Assembly: GCA_034780895.1 (NCBI GenBank)
Contig: JAUZTB010000001.1
Location: 49,589,945-49,653,944 of the forward strand
Length of the DNA: 64,000 bases
Direction: 5' to 3'
Origin: Rhynchobatus australiae
Taxonomy: Eukaryota
The notes beneath the pieces are model-generated. The model made no database searches. It was not told the DNA's origin and saw only the letters and a list, made by a program, of their open reading frames with translations. A program made the position numbers and the translations under genes. Within the stretch, counting starts at the first letter, position 1. The number at the start of each line of letters is the position of its first letter. This document shows positions 38,041 to 50,575 of this stretch, piece by piece.

Positions 38041-38743
38041 CTGAAAAACAAAATTAAAACAAAGTGAGAATGACAATTACCACAATAACAGAATTTACAC
38101 ATCTGCAAATTCCAGAAATCTCAAAATACCTCAAAATTATTTTGAAAGCATTATAAAAAATGAATACATGCACACCCATTGTATGCATAGCTATGGTACC
38201 AGAGTGTTGCTTACCCCCATTAAAATATCTCATTAAAATATTCTTTTCTCCCAGGATTTAAATTAAGTGTATTCTGACTTATATTGAAACTGGNNNNNNN
38301 NNNNNNNNNNNNNNNNNNNNNNNNNNNNNNNNNNNNNNNNNNNNNNNNNNNNNNNNNNNNNNNNNNNNNNNNNNNNNNNNNNNNNNNNNNNNNTGAATTA
38401 TATTGAAACTGCCCCCCCCCCCCCCCAACAAGGTTACATCACAATCATCGTGCCTTGATCAGTCCAAGCTCCTTAGAACATGAGAAAACATTCACAATAG
38501 AAATAGGTAATTTAAATACTGCTTTATGGTAGCTGAGTTTCTTAAATGAAGGCAGCTGCTCATGATTTTAGTTAAAATGTACGATAACATGAAATTTCAG
38601 TAAGGAATTAATACAAACTGTAAGGTAGTTTAATACGAGAAATCAATCTTGAGAGTGTTATCCTTTCACAAGTTTATTTTAGAAGTTTGATCCCGGAAGA
38701 GAAAAGTCTTGACCAAAAGAAAAATGAGTTGAGGACTGCTCAC

Positions 38744-38883
38744 TTGGTAACCAGTAGCCTGTTCTTTCTCATGCTCTCCACTCCAGGTTTCTCCCTCTCA
38801 GGTTCCCCTTTCTTTCCAGTTTGCTTTTTGGACTTTTTATTCACTGCTTGACTGATAGTCTTGGCACAATGTTTTGGCAATAA
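38744..38883 (-). CDS. NCKAP1: NCKAP1 exon ~19 (140 nt)
   Basis: ttatag|TTA TTG CCA...GTT ACC AA|gtgagc; [46 protein letters not shown]. Confidence 0.95.
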
Positions 38884-40189
38884 CTATAAAACAAAAAGTG
38901 TAATCTTTAAAACAGCTTGAGATAAATATGTCACAACTAGCACTATTGACATATTAATAGAAGTGGAATCCACCAAACACATATGATTTAAAAAAGTCAG
39001 TGAATTCTGATTTAATAGATGTGAATTTTTCATTTTGTACAGCATCGAGAAGTTTGGTCTCTGCTGGATGAAAAGCTACATACTTTCAAGTAGCAAAATA
39101 TTAGGTAGTTTTCAAAACATTCATTCCTGACAAAACTACCTACACATTTTCCAAATGAATTCTAAATATTAAGTGACTGCTTTCAGATTTTATCAAAACA
39201 AAGTTTTCGACGAATTGAGTAGCTCTTTATGCATCATTTAAAAACCATACAGCTTAATATTAACTGCGCAATATGTACATTTTGTGCGCAACTTTTTTTC
39301 TTCCATATCAGCAAGTAAAATATGCAGCACAAATGAGATTCATAGTCCTTCACAGTTTCTCTTTTGATTTTTCTCCTGATGAACCTTTACCACACAATTT
39401 CTACACATCAACCAACTATTTTTCAGCCAGGAGGTAAGGAATATACATGCTCAGTAAGAGAACCCTACAAAGTAAATTTGTGCTTCATCTGCAAGAAACA
39501 AAACCAGTCCTTGCCAAATGAAATTTAAAAATATTGACAACAAACTGGTCTACAGAGTTTTGTTGTTCTTAGCTCTTTGTATTTTCATACTTTTTAAATT
39601 TTATAGTGCATCCCACCAGCAACAATGTGCAACAATCACCTCCCCAAGGGTGAGAAAGTCAACATCATGATAGATAAACAGAGAACAACAAAGTCAGTAA
39701 TCAACAGTAATTGGTATTTCTGTATCAGGGTCTTCTACACAAGAGGCAAATCTTTCCATATGTCCACTTGCCAGCTGTATGTTGGACCAGTTTCTGACCT
39801 CCCCTGCACGCTTTAAGCAGTCTCTCTCAAATGGCTTTCAGCAATAACAGCATTAGCCTTGATGCAGCTTCTGTGGTATCAAAGCTCTGACCTATCTACA
39901 CACTGTAGTCAATTCAAGGGTTAATCTGTTGAAGCTGTGCTCTTGGTGTTCCAGCCAATGAATCCTGCAAAGATCCAGTGTGGTCTAGTTACAGCTCCAG
40001 AAACACTGAAATCATCTGATGATACCCTGGCCCTTGCCTGATCAGAGATATCCCCTACACAAGCAACCTCTGTCTTACTGGGGAGGGTTGCGTTCCTGGA
40101 AAGCGTTCCATATCACTTTTTCTGCAACATGAAGCCACGTCATCAGTGCATGTGTCAAGAGACACATGTTGAGAGAAAAAAAAAAATCA

Positions 40190-40360
40190 GCTGCCAGCTC
40201 TTGCTCCACCCTTTCCTTCTACCTTTTTTTTAAAATACTAGCTAGCTCCCTTCTTTCTTTCCAGTCCAGATGAAGGGTCTCGACCTGAAACTTTGACCAT
40301 TTCCCTCCAATAAATGCTGCCTGACCCACCAAGTTCTTCCAGCGCCTTTGTGTGTTGCTT
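40190..40360 (+). mobile_element. Penelope-like pLTR with best-preserved hammerhead motif
   Basis: cagtc cagatga agggtctcgacct gaaacttt gac ... atgctgcctgaccc. Confidence 0.75.
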
Positions 40361-41379
40361 GAAAAAGAATTACTATTTTTTTACTCACACGAATTCTTAG
40401 AGCACAAATTTTAATCTGTATCTTAAAAATTTTGGGTAGTCATTTATGGATTCTGTAAGGCAAACCTCCATTACTCAAATGGCTGTGGGGTTCACCTGTA
40501 TCACATCTATCCCCTCCCAAACCTCCAACATGAAACTAACTTATTTATTCACTCTACTAGTTCTGATCATTTCTCTTTCCAAGATGCTGCCTGACTTGCT
40601 GGGTGTTTTTAGCAATTTCTATTTTATATAATGGCAGTAATAAGATCCTGTTTAAAACTGACACTGCAAACAACCAAACAGTACAAGAATGAAATCTTGT
40701 CCAGCACTGAAACTGAAGGGTAACAAAACTGTACTGTAGCACCTCAAGTGTGGCATCTTTCCTGTTCTTCTTGAAGATGCTTTTCTGAACAAAAGATCTG
40801 ACATACTAATAGAAGCATGAGACAATTTAAAAGCAAAAGACATGTCATCCAGTTCACTATTTGGGATCTACTCATTGTGGAAGATGCTGCACATGTCTAA
40901 CTCACCTGATTAAATATTTTTCCAACAAACGTAAATTTGACAAGGCAAATTAACAGTGAAATAGTCAGATGACAGAATACCATCAACCAACCAAATGTAC
41001 ATATTAGCTCTATCATATATATCAGATAAATCAAATTTGGGATTATTTCTTTAAAACATGATCTAATGGCTGATGAAGCACACCATTTACACTAAGCAAC
41101 AGATATTTATCCACAAGTCTCTTCACAGTTCCAGCTGCTCTAGAATCTTTTCACTTCTCTTCAATGTCTGTCCTGCCAGATCTCCAATTGTCAAATGCCA
41201 TCCTGACATGGAAATATATTCTTTCATTGTCAACCATTTTTAATCCTGGGACTTCCTTCCCAACATCGTACAAGTAACTCTACTAAGACAGCAGAGTTCA
41301 AGAACATGTATAAATGCAGAGCATTCATCCCTCATACCTACTACATTCTATAAGAATGTGACTTTTTTTTTAAAAACTG

Positions 41380-42300
41380 CCATTTTCCTACACTAACCTG
41401 ATATCCATTAATTCTCTTAATATCCAAATATCTATCAAGCTCTGGTTTGAATAAACTTGGAGAGCAAGTTTCCATAGGCCTTTTGGGTAGAGAATTAAAG
41501 GTTCCCCGACCACTGCATGAAGAAATTTCTTCTCATCACTGTCATAAATGCCAGCTCCTTACTTTGAGGCTGACTCTTGGTTCTAGGCAACCCACCAAAG
41601 GAAACATGTGCAAAGTTCTCACAATCTTGACATGTCAATGAGGTCACTGATTATTCTTCCAAATTTTAGTACAGGTCCAACTTGCTTGATCTTTCCTATG
41701 CAACAAAATTACCTTCACTCAAGCATCAATCTCGTGAAACTTAGTTGCACAAGTCTTTTAGGCAGGGAGAACAGCTCTGCGGACTATATTCCAGATGTGG
41801 TGTCACCAGTGCCCTATACAATTGCAGCAGGATACCTATATTCTTGATCTCAAATCCTCTTCTAAAATAAGGACAACATACCATTTTGCCTTCCTGATGT
41901 TAACTATATATGATTTGCAAAAAAAAGGGCATCCGGGTCTTTCTCAACACCAACACTTTTCAGTCTGCTGCTATTTAAAAAATACTCTGCTTTTTTCCCC
42001 CCTATTTCTTATACCCAAGACTTTCCACATTGCATTCCATTTGCCACATCCTCACCCATTAACTGAGCCTGTCTATATCATACCTATAAAGCACTGGACC
42101 TGAATATAGATTAATGAACAGTTGAAGCTCCAAAACCAATCCCAAAAGCATTGCATTAGTTATGGTTGCCAAACCCAAGGTGACCTGTTTATTTCTAGTG
42201 TTTCTGTTAACTAATCCTAAATCCATATTGGTTTAATACACCCAGCCCCTTGTTTATTACTTAATAACCTCATGTGGCATATAATTAAAGGCCTTCTAAA
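41380..42300 (-). mobile_element. Decayed CR1 LINE fragment
   Basis: gtagagaatt....ccac.gcatgaagaaatttcttctcatc and tattccagatgtggtgtcaccagtgccctataca, CR1 3' ORF2 motifs. Confidence 0.65.
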
Positions 42301-42699
42301 GGGCTCAACACCCTCAAGTGTAATTAGGAATGAGCAGTACATGTTGGCCCAGCCACTGGAGCCCACATCAAGTCAAGTCACAGATCATCTCAAAATGATT
42401 GCAACATAGCATATTACAAGCAAGGCAATATGTAGGCAAGGTCTATAGATGCCCTGGTGATATCCCAACAATACAAATGTCATTAAATACTCAAAGTTGA
42501 ATCAATGTTCTGTAAAAATTTGCCTGTTACTGAATGGAAATATGCTTGTAAATGTCTGAAATTACATGAAAATTAGGAGTTTTTGTTTAAAATCAACCTT
42601 ACACAAGTACCAGTATGACTCGTGTGACTCTAGGAAAAACACTAGCCAGGATAACAAAAGACAACCAGCTCTTAACTGAAGAGATGTTTAATGATATTT

Positions 42700-42870
42700 C
42701 CTGCTACCTAAACTAAATGGAAACTTAGCTTAATGCCTCATCCATAAAAGCTGGAGCTCAGATTGTATCACTCTCTCAGAACACTGGAAACATCAGCTAA
42801 ATTACTTGTGAATCTTGAACCTACAATTTTTGTTTCAGGTTGAAAACTACTAGTCAACCAAGCTTTAGTC
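42700..42870 (-). mobile_element. Decayed Deu-domain SINE-like fragment
   Basis: ttaatgcctcatcc..aaag...cactctctcag..cactgga..catcagc...cttgaacctacaa. Confidence 0.45.
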
Positions 42871-44350
42871 ACAGAAATAAATAATTTAGACCTTATTTTT
42901 CTGTCTGGCTCATTTCTCATACTTTTAAGTCACGAAAATAGGAGTTCACATCTGCTTTCTGGCAGAAGGACAATACACTTCCATTTTAGTTAACATGCTA
43001 ACGCATCACATTTTACATCTGATAAGATTTATCAATTCAGAACTGTCCTTTCAAAAGATGATAACTGGGGTGCTGTGAATAAGCCATAAAACAATGCTGT
43101 TGCATATTTACAAGTTTTACACCCCAATCACATTGGCCAAATAGAGACTGAACATTTCAGTCTGAATGTACAGATGTAGAAGCTATGTCTCACACAAGCA
43201 CTTTTTTAAAAATTATATAGATATAAGGGGCACTATCTGACCCACTAGTTTGGTCATCCATCACCAGATTTGACTGGGTTAACATTATTGGGCATCTCTC
43301 TCTCCTCTGACAAAATAGCCTGGTACATCAGGATAATCTTGGAGAATGAAGTTAATTCACTGTGACTTTTCTCCACTATCAACCTTCTCTTAAGATCCCT
43401 CGCTTAAAAACGTGGGCAGCATATGGACACCTTTTCCAGAGAGGCTAAACCCCGTTAATCTGCAGCTCAGATCTTCGCCGATTTCCCTTTGCAGATTCAT
43501 CCTGAGCCATGACTCAAGTGTGTTGGTTTGATTTCTTGACAATAACACCCCTTCTAAGCTGATTCAGGCTCCTGCTACATTTCATTAAAAAATTTCAATG
43601 ACCCAATTCTCTTGATGACACAATGACAATTGACACTGTATTTCACTCCCTTCCCTTTCAAGACCTTCTTCCTCCCAAAGTGCTCCACTGATCCTTTTTC
43701 CTCTTCAAAGAGGAAAATCTTTTTCTCTCTCAAATGCACATTCTAATTTTTTGAACCAGAGAGCCAGCCCTACCATAGCTCTAATCAAATGGAGTCACAT
43801 ATGGTATCCACATTACCTCATTATGCTTTCTAGTCCTCATTACAGTTGTTGGCAGGCTACAGACTTCTCCTGTCAAACCAAGCCTCTCATCACTGGGTTC
43901 TATTCTAATCTGTCATACTCAGTGATTCCCTATCAATATATTGAAATTGCACATGCCGTTCCATGTGCCCGCTGTATTTTTTCTCCTAGGAGGCAGAAGT
44001 CACACAAGATATTCATGAGGTCTCAGGATAATTATTTAGTTGTCCACTACCATTTAGGATGGGGTGTAGCATGACAGTAGAACTTTGGATCGGTGGGATA
44101 TCTTGGCTCCATCAATTGTTCATCATGTACATGGAATGCTTTAATAATTTCACTAGGTTTCAATCACATTTTTTTTTATGTACACCTTAAGCCATTCCTG
44201 ACATGCTCCTCTTTACTCCTCACTCAACCAGGATTCTTCTCCTGGCTTGAAAACAATCAGCAATAGATATGCTGGGTCAGAAAATTACACTTTTTTTAAA
44301 TTCAGGAGGGAAAAATGCCACAGCAAGTTCACCATTGCTGGTGAATCCAA

Positions 44351-45848
44351 TATATAGGAATTAATTATACCATTTCAAATATACAACCTCAGTTTAAAAC
44401 ATTATTCCAATGATTCATCTACACACCCAAATCTATTTGTTCCTTGTATAACAGAAATAAATCAGCATATGGACAGAGGAACACTTCTGTTTAATGACCT
44501 CTCATCAATTCTTTTAAATTAAGATAATAAGATTTGAACCCACATTTCTGATATATAGTCCAGGTTCAAGGATACTCTAATAATATAACCCCATGGTATC
44601 ATTTCATTAACTGCTGCAACTTGAATTTACGTGCAGCCAAATGGCCAACTTTTACATACACGTCTTTCTGTATCAGCAGATTGTTTGTGTCATCCAGACT
44701 TGGACGAGCCAGAACTTCCTCCATTCAAATATTGTCCAAAAATTCACCTTCTGCTCCCTTTACAAACATTCCATGAACTCTATCCTCATCCTATTACACC
44801 AATTCTTCTCAAAGATTCCCTTCTACATTATCTGCAATTCTTCAGACCATTTGCCATTAAATCCTTCACCAATATCTTTGTTATCCAGAGCCTCTATTTC
44901 ATTGCATTCCCATTCAAACCCTTGTCTTTCAGTTACTTAATCATTCCTTTCAGTAACCTATCAGAGGGCTGAAGGTTTTTAATTTGGACATCTCCTCTCT
45001 TCCTTTGTTAATCATATCATTAATGGCTACAAATTCACTTCAGCCTCACACCAAGAAATTCATTGCTCTCTTGCAAGCTGCTTGACCTCCTTTAACACAC
45101 AAGACTCACTTAACATTTTGGATGGGCATCCAAAAATACTGAGTGGGCTCTGCTTATTATAAAAAGAATACAAGACTGCACTTTGGGTGTAGGCAATTTT
45201 GGCTCATCACCATAAACATCTGTAGTTTCAGTGGAATGTCAAAGCTGTTCAAAATCTAAAAGAACTTAATATTTTTGGTTGAGCTGAGTCAAGCGACATG
45301 GATTCAAATAATCAAATGTGAACTGTACTAATTGTGACATCTTCAACCTCTTCCAAAATCATCTCATCCTTTCAAGATTATGACTGCAAATTATTGCTCT
45401 AGACAAAAAAGATTAAGAACATATTTTTAAAATATAACTGTTGTAGTAACAGTCATGCATCTTGGAATACATGATATAATGGAAGTGGGAGCATGCAGGA
45501 ACTTCCTAAGCCGGTTTATCTAATTGTTTTTCCTCCAAACCTGCAAAATAGAGAAGCTGAAATCTTACCTGATCACTAAGAGTGCACTGCTCTGTGCAGA
45601 TATCTGTTATGAGGTTGCGGGCTTGCTTCGCCATTTCATCAAGGAACATGTTGCACAGTGAGAGACTACGATCTCCAATGTGATGCCTCTATAAATTAAT
45701 AAAAGTTGTGAGTACCAAATGCATTCAGAATGCATGTACCCTACATTGAATGCAAGTGGGCTTAATCTATATAGGAATTAATTATACCATTTCAAATATA
45801 CAACCTCAGTTTAAAACATTATTCCAATGATTCATCTACACACCCAAA
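44351..45848 (+). repeat. Perfect 81-bp direct repeat (44351-44431 and 45768-45848) flanking exon 18
   Basis: tatataggaattaattataccatttcaaatatacaacctcagtttaaaacattattccaatgattcatctacacacccaaa appears identically twice, 1417 bp apart. Confidence 0.92.
45569..45688 (-). CDS. NCKAP1: NCKAP1 exon ~18 (120 nt, phase 0-0)
   Basis: ttatag|AGG CAT CAC...GAT CAG|gtaaga; [40 protein letters not shown]. Confidence 0.95.
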
Positions 45849-48208
45849 ATCCCTGAGGAAACTGCTGCTTGGTATGTACACAGTATCTTAGTGTCCGAAT
45901 CAGAAATTGATCCAGAAACAATAACACAGCTGTAGTTCTTTTTGACAATGATTTATACTGACAGTGACAACATCCTTAGTTCAACTCCCAAAGTTTGCTG
46001 TCCAAAAATGTGCTCTTGCAGAACCCAGTGATACAATTAGGTGCAATTGTGGTAAATGGAACATAGTATTTCAAATAATCAATTTTTTCCTGTTGAAGTA
46101 AAACAGCGTAACATTGGTGGGGATAACCCACAAAGAGGTGACAACACACCCACTGCAAGAACTTGTCCAAGGAATGAATTAGTTTGTACTTGTCAAACTA
46201 GGCTAAAATATGAATAAACATGTGTAGTGCTGCGCAGCAACCTTGAAATCAAATCAAATCTTTTCAAATGATGAAAGCAAGCTTTTCAGGTATGATTTTC
46301 CAGCTCATGCTTCTTTCCAGCAAGACAATAGCTAATATTGAATGTACTTGAGCATCTATCACTGGTTTACATTGTCCTTTTGATCAAGTGGTAAATTAAA
46401 ACTTCTGAAATTCTTCTGTGAAGAATGCATTGATTTAAGGATCTGCACATATCTATAGAGCAAAGACCTTAAATCTTGCAACTAGATTACATTATCTGAC
46501 AATTTCACAGTACAAAGTAGAAAGCCCAATCAAATAGCAAACTCAAATACAGCTTGTTGACAATAAATACGGACAAGTCACTAACTGCGTGAAGTAGGAA
46601 ACCATTCAAAACAAATATGTAGCTTTTGAAAAGTTAATTTTTTTTTAAACAATCAGTCAACAATTGGAGCAAACAATAGTTCCATCTGAACAACCACTTG
46701 TGGCCACTTCCAAATATTTTTTTCCCCCCACTTTGTTCAAGATGCCAATAGTACAAACTTTCCATGAACCAAGCCTTACTCCTTACTGTGCATGGCAATT
46801 CTTAACCTAAAATCTTTGTGTCTACCTATTAGCTAGATTACTGAATAATATTTGGTACATAACTGAGAGACCACAAATATAAAAGCAACAAGATCTTGTC
46901 TAATCATCTGGAGAATGAAGGGAAATAGTATAGCGAGAATAAGTGAAGCATCTGCTGGTTTTTTCACCTACTCTAAAATGTTGAACCAAAAAGGTATGAT
47001 CTCATGATCAATACAATAGTAAGACAGAATCTATATAGAATCAGGAGCAAATCCCTTCATGCCTGTTAACTGATGTAGGAATTTTCAACAGCATTGTTTA
47101 CCTTAATCATTTTATCTGGCACCATAGTCTGGGATCTAAAAATCAGTCAACAAGCTTCAGTTTCAACAGAAATTGTGGAAATACTCAGATCAGTTTCTTT
47201 TCCCAAAAGATACAGCCTATCCTGTTGAATATTTACAGCATCTGCAGTTTTTCTGATTTTTGTATCTCAGTTCCAAGCCTGAGTAAGGCATCGTCTTTGA
47301 ATGCAATCTCTCTGTAATAGAGAACTTTTCTTAACAGAGATCCTGTCTTATTACCACCAAAAATGATGGAAGAGGTCACAGGAGACTGTGGGGCATTACA
47401 TTGCTGATTACTACTGGAGGCAAAAAGATTTATTTTGTTTGAACATAGGATTTTCATGAATTACAGCTTATGATTAAAGCATACAAGTTCCCAGATGAAT
47501 TTCAGCTGCTTGGTTTTGCTTTGTATTCCAGGCTTTAAAAAAGTTATCCAAATATATTATGTCTTGTGATGCACTTTGACCACAGAAAATCACATTTGCA
47601 AATGTCTTGAATGTGGAAGATAAACAACATGTTCCAGATACTGTTCCTGAACCTATCTAAACTTCCTCACCAACCTCAACAAGATCTAGTCCCATCCTTA
47701 TTCATTCTTGCATCCTCAGCATCATACACCTGAAACTTAAATACATCTGATACTATTCACGGTTGGACTGCCAGTGCTGACCTCCCCACTTCTTACATTA
47801 TTAGATGCAGATCACCTCTAATTGTGAGCCCTGTCATTGACACCTATACTGCACTGCACGAGCATCACAGCTGATATTGCAAAAAAGATTATTAATGAAG
47901 ATTTTCATCATTTTCAAATGTTTCCAGAGTCTTAACCCTTCCAAGTTTCTCCAAACCTCCAACATCGGTCTACTTTTTAATGTTGCACTCCATGACTTTT
48001 TCCACCATCTTGGAAACCCCTCCCATGCTTTAAAATTCTCCCACAGGACTTTTTTTAATCTCACTTTAGCCTTCTGATCTTTTTTTTTTGCTTGCTTCTC
48101 ACATGTTCAACAAGGTACTTGGAGAATTCTAATGAGTGTTTCTTAAATGCAAGCTGTTGTCCAAAACACTGAAATTGGACACTTAAGATAACAAATCCTG
48201 CGGGTTAT

Positions 48209-48933
48209 GAACCCAGTTCATTAAATAAAAAGGACATCCCTGCTCATATGGAAGACTCAATATGTGAAATTTCTCCACATTAAAAATGTTGGCAGACAGC
48301 CATCAACTTAAGGCTCCTCATGAGTGGTTTGAAGAATGGTGGCAAACTGTTGCTGCTCAGGTGAAGCAGTGTTAAACTTTCCCTGTCGCTTTAAAATCAC
48401 TGCTCAACTACTTCCCATCTGATTGAAAGCAATTACAACAGCTGTGACTGCCTCTTATGGCTCCAAGACAGATAAACCTCTTGATTGGACAAATTCCAGT
48501 TTTTAAAAATTATGTTCCATCTGTAACAAATGTAATGAATAATACAAGGCACAGAGCAATTTATCTTTTTGCTGTTTGCGTCGACATCTTGACTGAATTA
48601 TCCAAGGCACTTTAACTATCTTCAAATTCTGAGAAGCTAGATTTGTGCAAGGACTTTAATATTAGACTTCTGTTGAATGCTGCAGGGTATCAGATACAAA
48701 GGCGAGTTTTCTCTTTAAAATGTTTAGTTGTGGCTAATGTAAGCAATTTGTCTGTCTGAAGAGATAATGCACCCATCCTAATATGCCCTAAATTATCTGA
48801 TCAGATTTTGCAAAACTTGGAACCCAATTAATAAAATGGAAAGGACATCCCTCAGTTGTGTGGAAGACTCATTTAATTTGTGAAATTTCTCCATGTTAAA
48901 AACTTTGGTAGACAGCCATGAACTTAAGGCTCC
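48209..48933 (+). repeat. Diverged ~110-bp direct repeat (48209-48317 and 48820-48933)
   Basis: Shared colinear blocks aaaggacatccct, tggaagactca, tgtgaaatttctcca, agacagccat, aacttaaggctcc. Confidence 0.85.
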
Positions 48934-50442
48934 AGAAAATCAATGCTGCAAATACCGATACAGAACTGCAGTAAAAAGCCTCAGGGTGTGGATGGAGCTT
49001 TGAGCCCGAGTCAAGTGCTTACAGTGCAACTGCCTATTGTCGTGGACTGCTGGCTGAGTGTGGGGTATGCAATACAAAAAAAAGCTAATTTCACTGTCAA
49101 ACTGTTCATAAGTTGTCTTATTCATCCAATTTGTTTGGAATTCCTCCAGCACCCTATCAAAGACAACTATTGCAATTGTCATTTGATGATATGGGCTTGA
49201 CTTCAACGTAAACATGTTTGATTTCTCCAGCAAAAGCATTGGTAGTGATTAAAAGTATCACCACACCATTCCATAATACCATTCCATAAAGCATTATGGT
49301 ATAACCCACTGCTGCTGGATGATCCAGCCTGCATTGGATTTTCATCACGGGACACTGGTTGACTAAGAAAAGGGTCATGCAATTTTTTTTGGCAGCTGAT
49401 TAGAGCTGGCAAACAAATTGCATTAGGGTTGGGCTCATTGGAAGTGTTGATCAACCAAATGCCTTCATGTGTCTGGAACAAACGTCAACATTTTCCAACC
49501 ACTAACTTCATGTGCAATGGATTTTCCGTATGGGAAAATAATAAGCAACAGGAATATTTAAAAGGCATGACAAAGAACTCTAGATATAAAAAAATAAAAC
49601 AAGATTTTTTGTAATATTTTGACTAAAAAAGTTTAATATTCAACCTTTATCTTGCTAGGCAGCGGTCATGATTAACCACTTAAACATGTTTACTTAAACA
49701 GTTGATTTCTACTGGTCATGACTCTTCAGGCCCAGAGAGGGAACCTTCCTTGATAATGTTTCTGCATTGTGGACGTGGGGTACAAAATATGCTGTTGCCA
49801 TCTAGAAATAGTGGCCTCAATGACTCCTGCCTTGATGCAAATAGGATTTCAATGATAAAGAGCCTCCATGAAGGTAAATTACCATCTGCCAAATTAACAT
49901 TGAACTTTTTGAAGGAGTGCTTTATGACCAGCCTTATACAACTGGCAAATATCAATTAGCACTCACTGATCCAGATACATGCACCATTCAAAACCAGTGT
50001 TTCCTGTACAGTCACTGACCCTGATAGTTCCTTTGCAGAACAGAATCGGGGCTTTGCAATTACAAATACTGTATTACAAAGTCAGTGTGACACTACCTAT
50101 CCACGTCAAATAATGGCATTAGTGCATTTATTACAAGCACTTTTCTCAAAGCAAGTCTTTACTCAAAGTAAACAATAATTGTATTGCATTCCCAAAAAAA
50201 GCAACTGTTCCCTCAACCCACTCACATAAGAAATATGTTTACCTCTGTCGATACAAAGGTAGAATCGTGTGGAATTTCAATTCTGGCAACATCACGTAGC
50301 TCAGTGGGCTGGAATATTTAGCAAGTCACAAATAAAAGGGAACATTACAGCAAATATCCATAAGGCTTATTGACAGATGCACTCTCGTTAGCCATTGAAG
50401 AACTTGGTATTTTGAAACATAGACATATGAAAAAATTCTTAC

Positions 50443-50575
50443 CTCTTCAGGGCACAATTCATGAGTGCAGCTCATGAAATGAGTGCAAACCAGCGGGAAA
50501 GCAATTGAATATCGTGATTGAGAGGGCAACTCCAAACATTGATGAAACATCTTTTCAAAAGCACGACTGTAAAAG
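50443..50575 (-). CDS. NCKAP1: NCKAP1 exon ~17 (133 nt)
   Basis: cttaag|C TTT TAC AGT...GAA GAG|gtaaga; [44 protein letters not shown]. Confidence 0.94.

Noticed and set aside
44378-44392. tatacaacctca resembles let-7 complementary sequence
   Set aside because: No precursor hairpin and no intact seed match.
45500-45550. Acceptor-like ttttgcag just downstream of exon 18, as a cryptic exon
   Set aside because: Under 30 nt from the exon 18 donor, too short for an intron, and no matching donor found.
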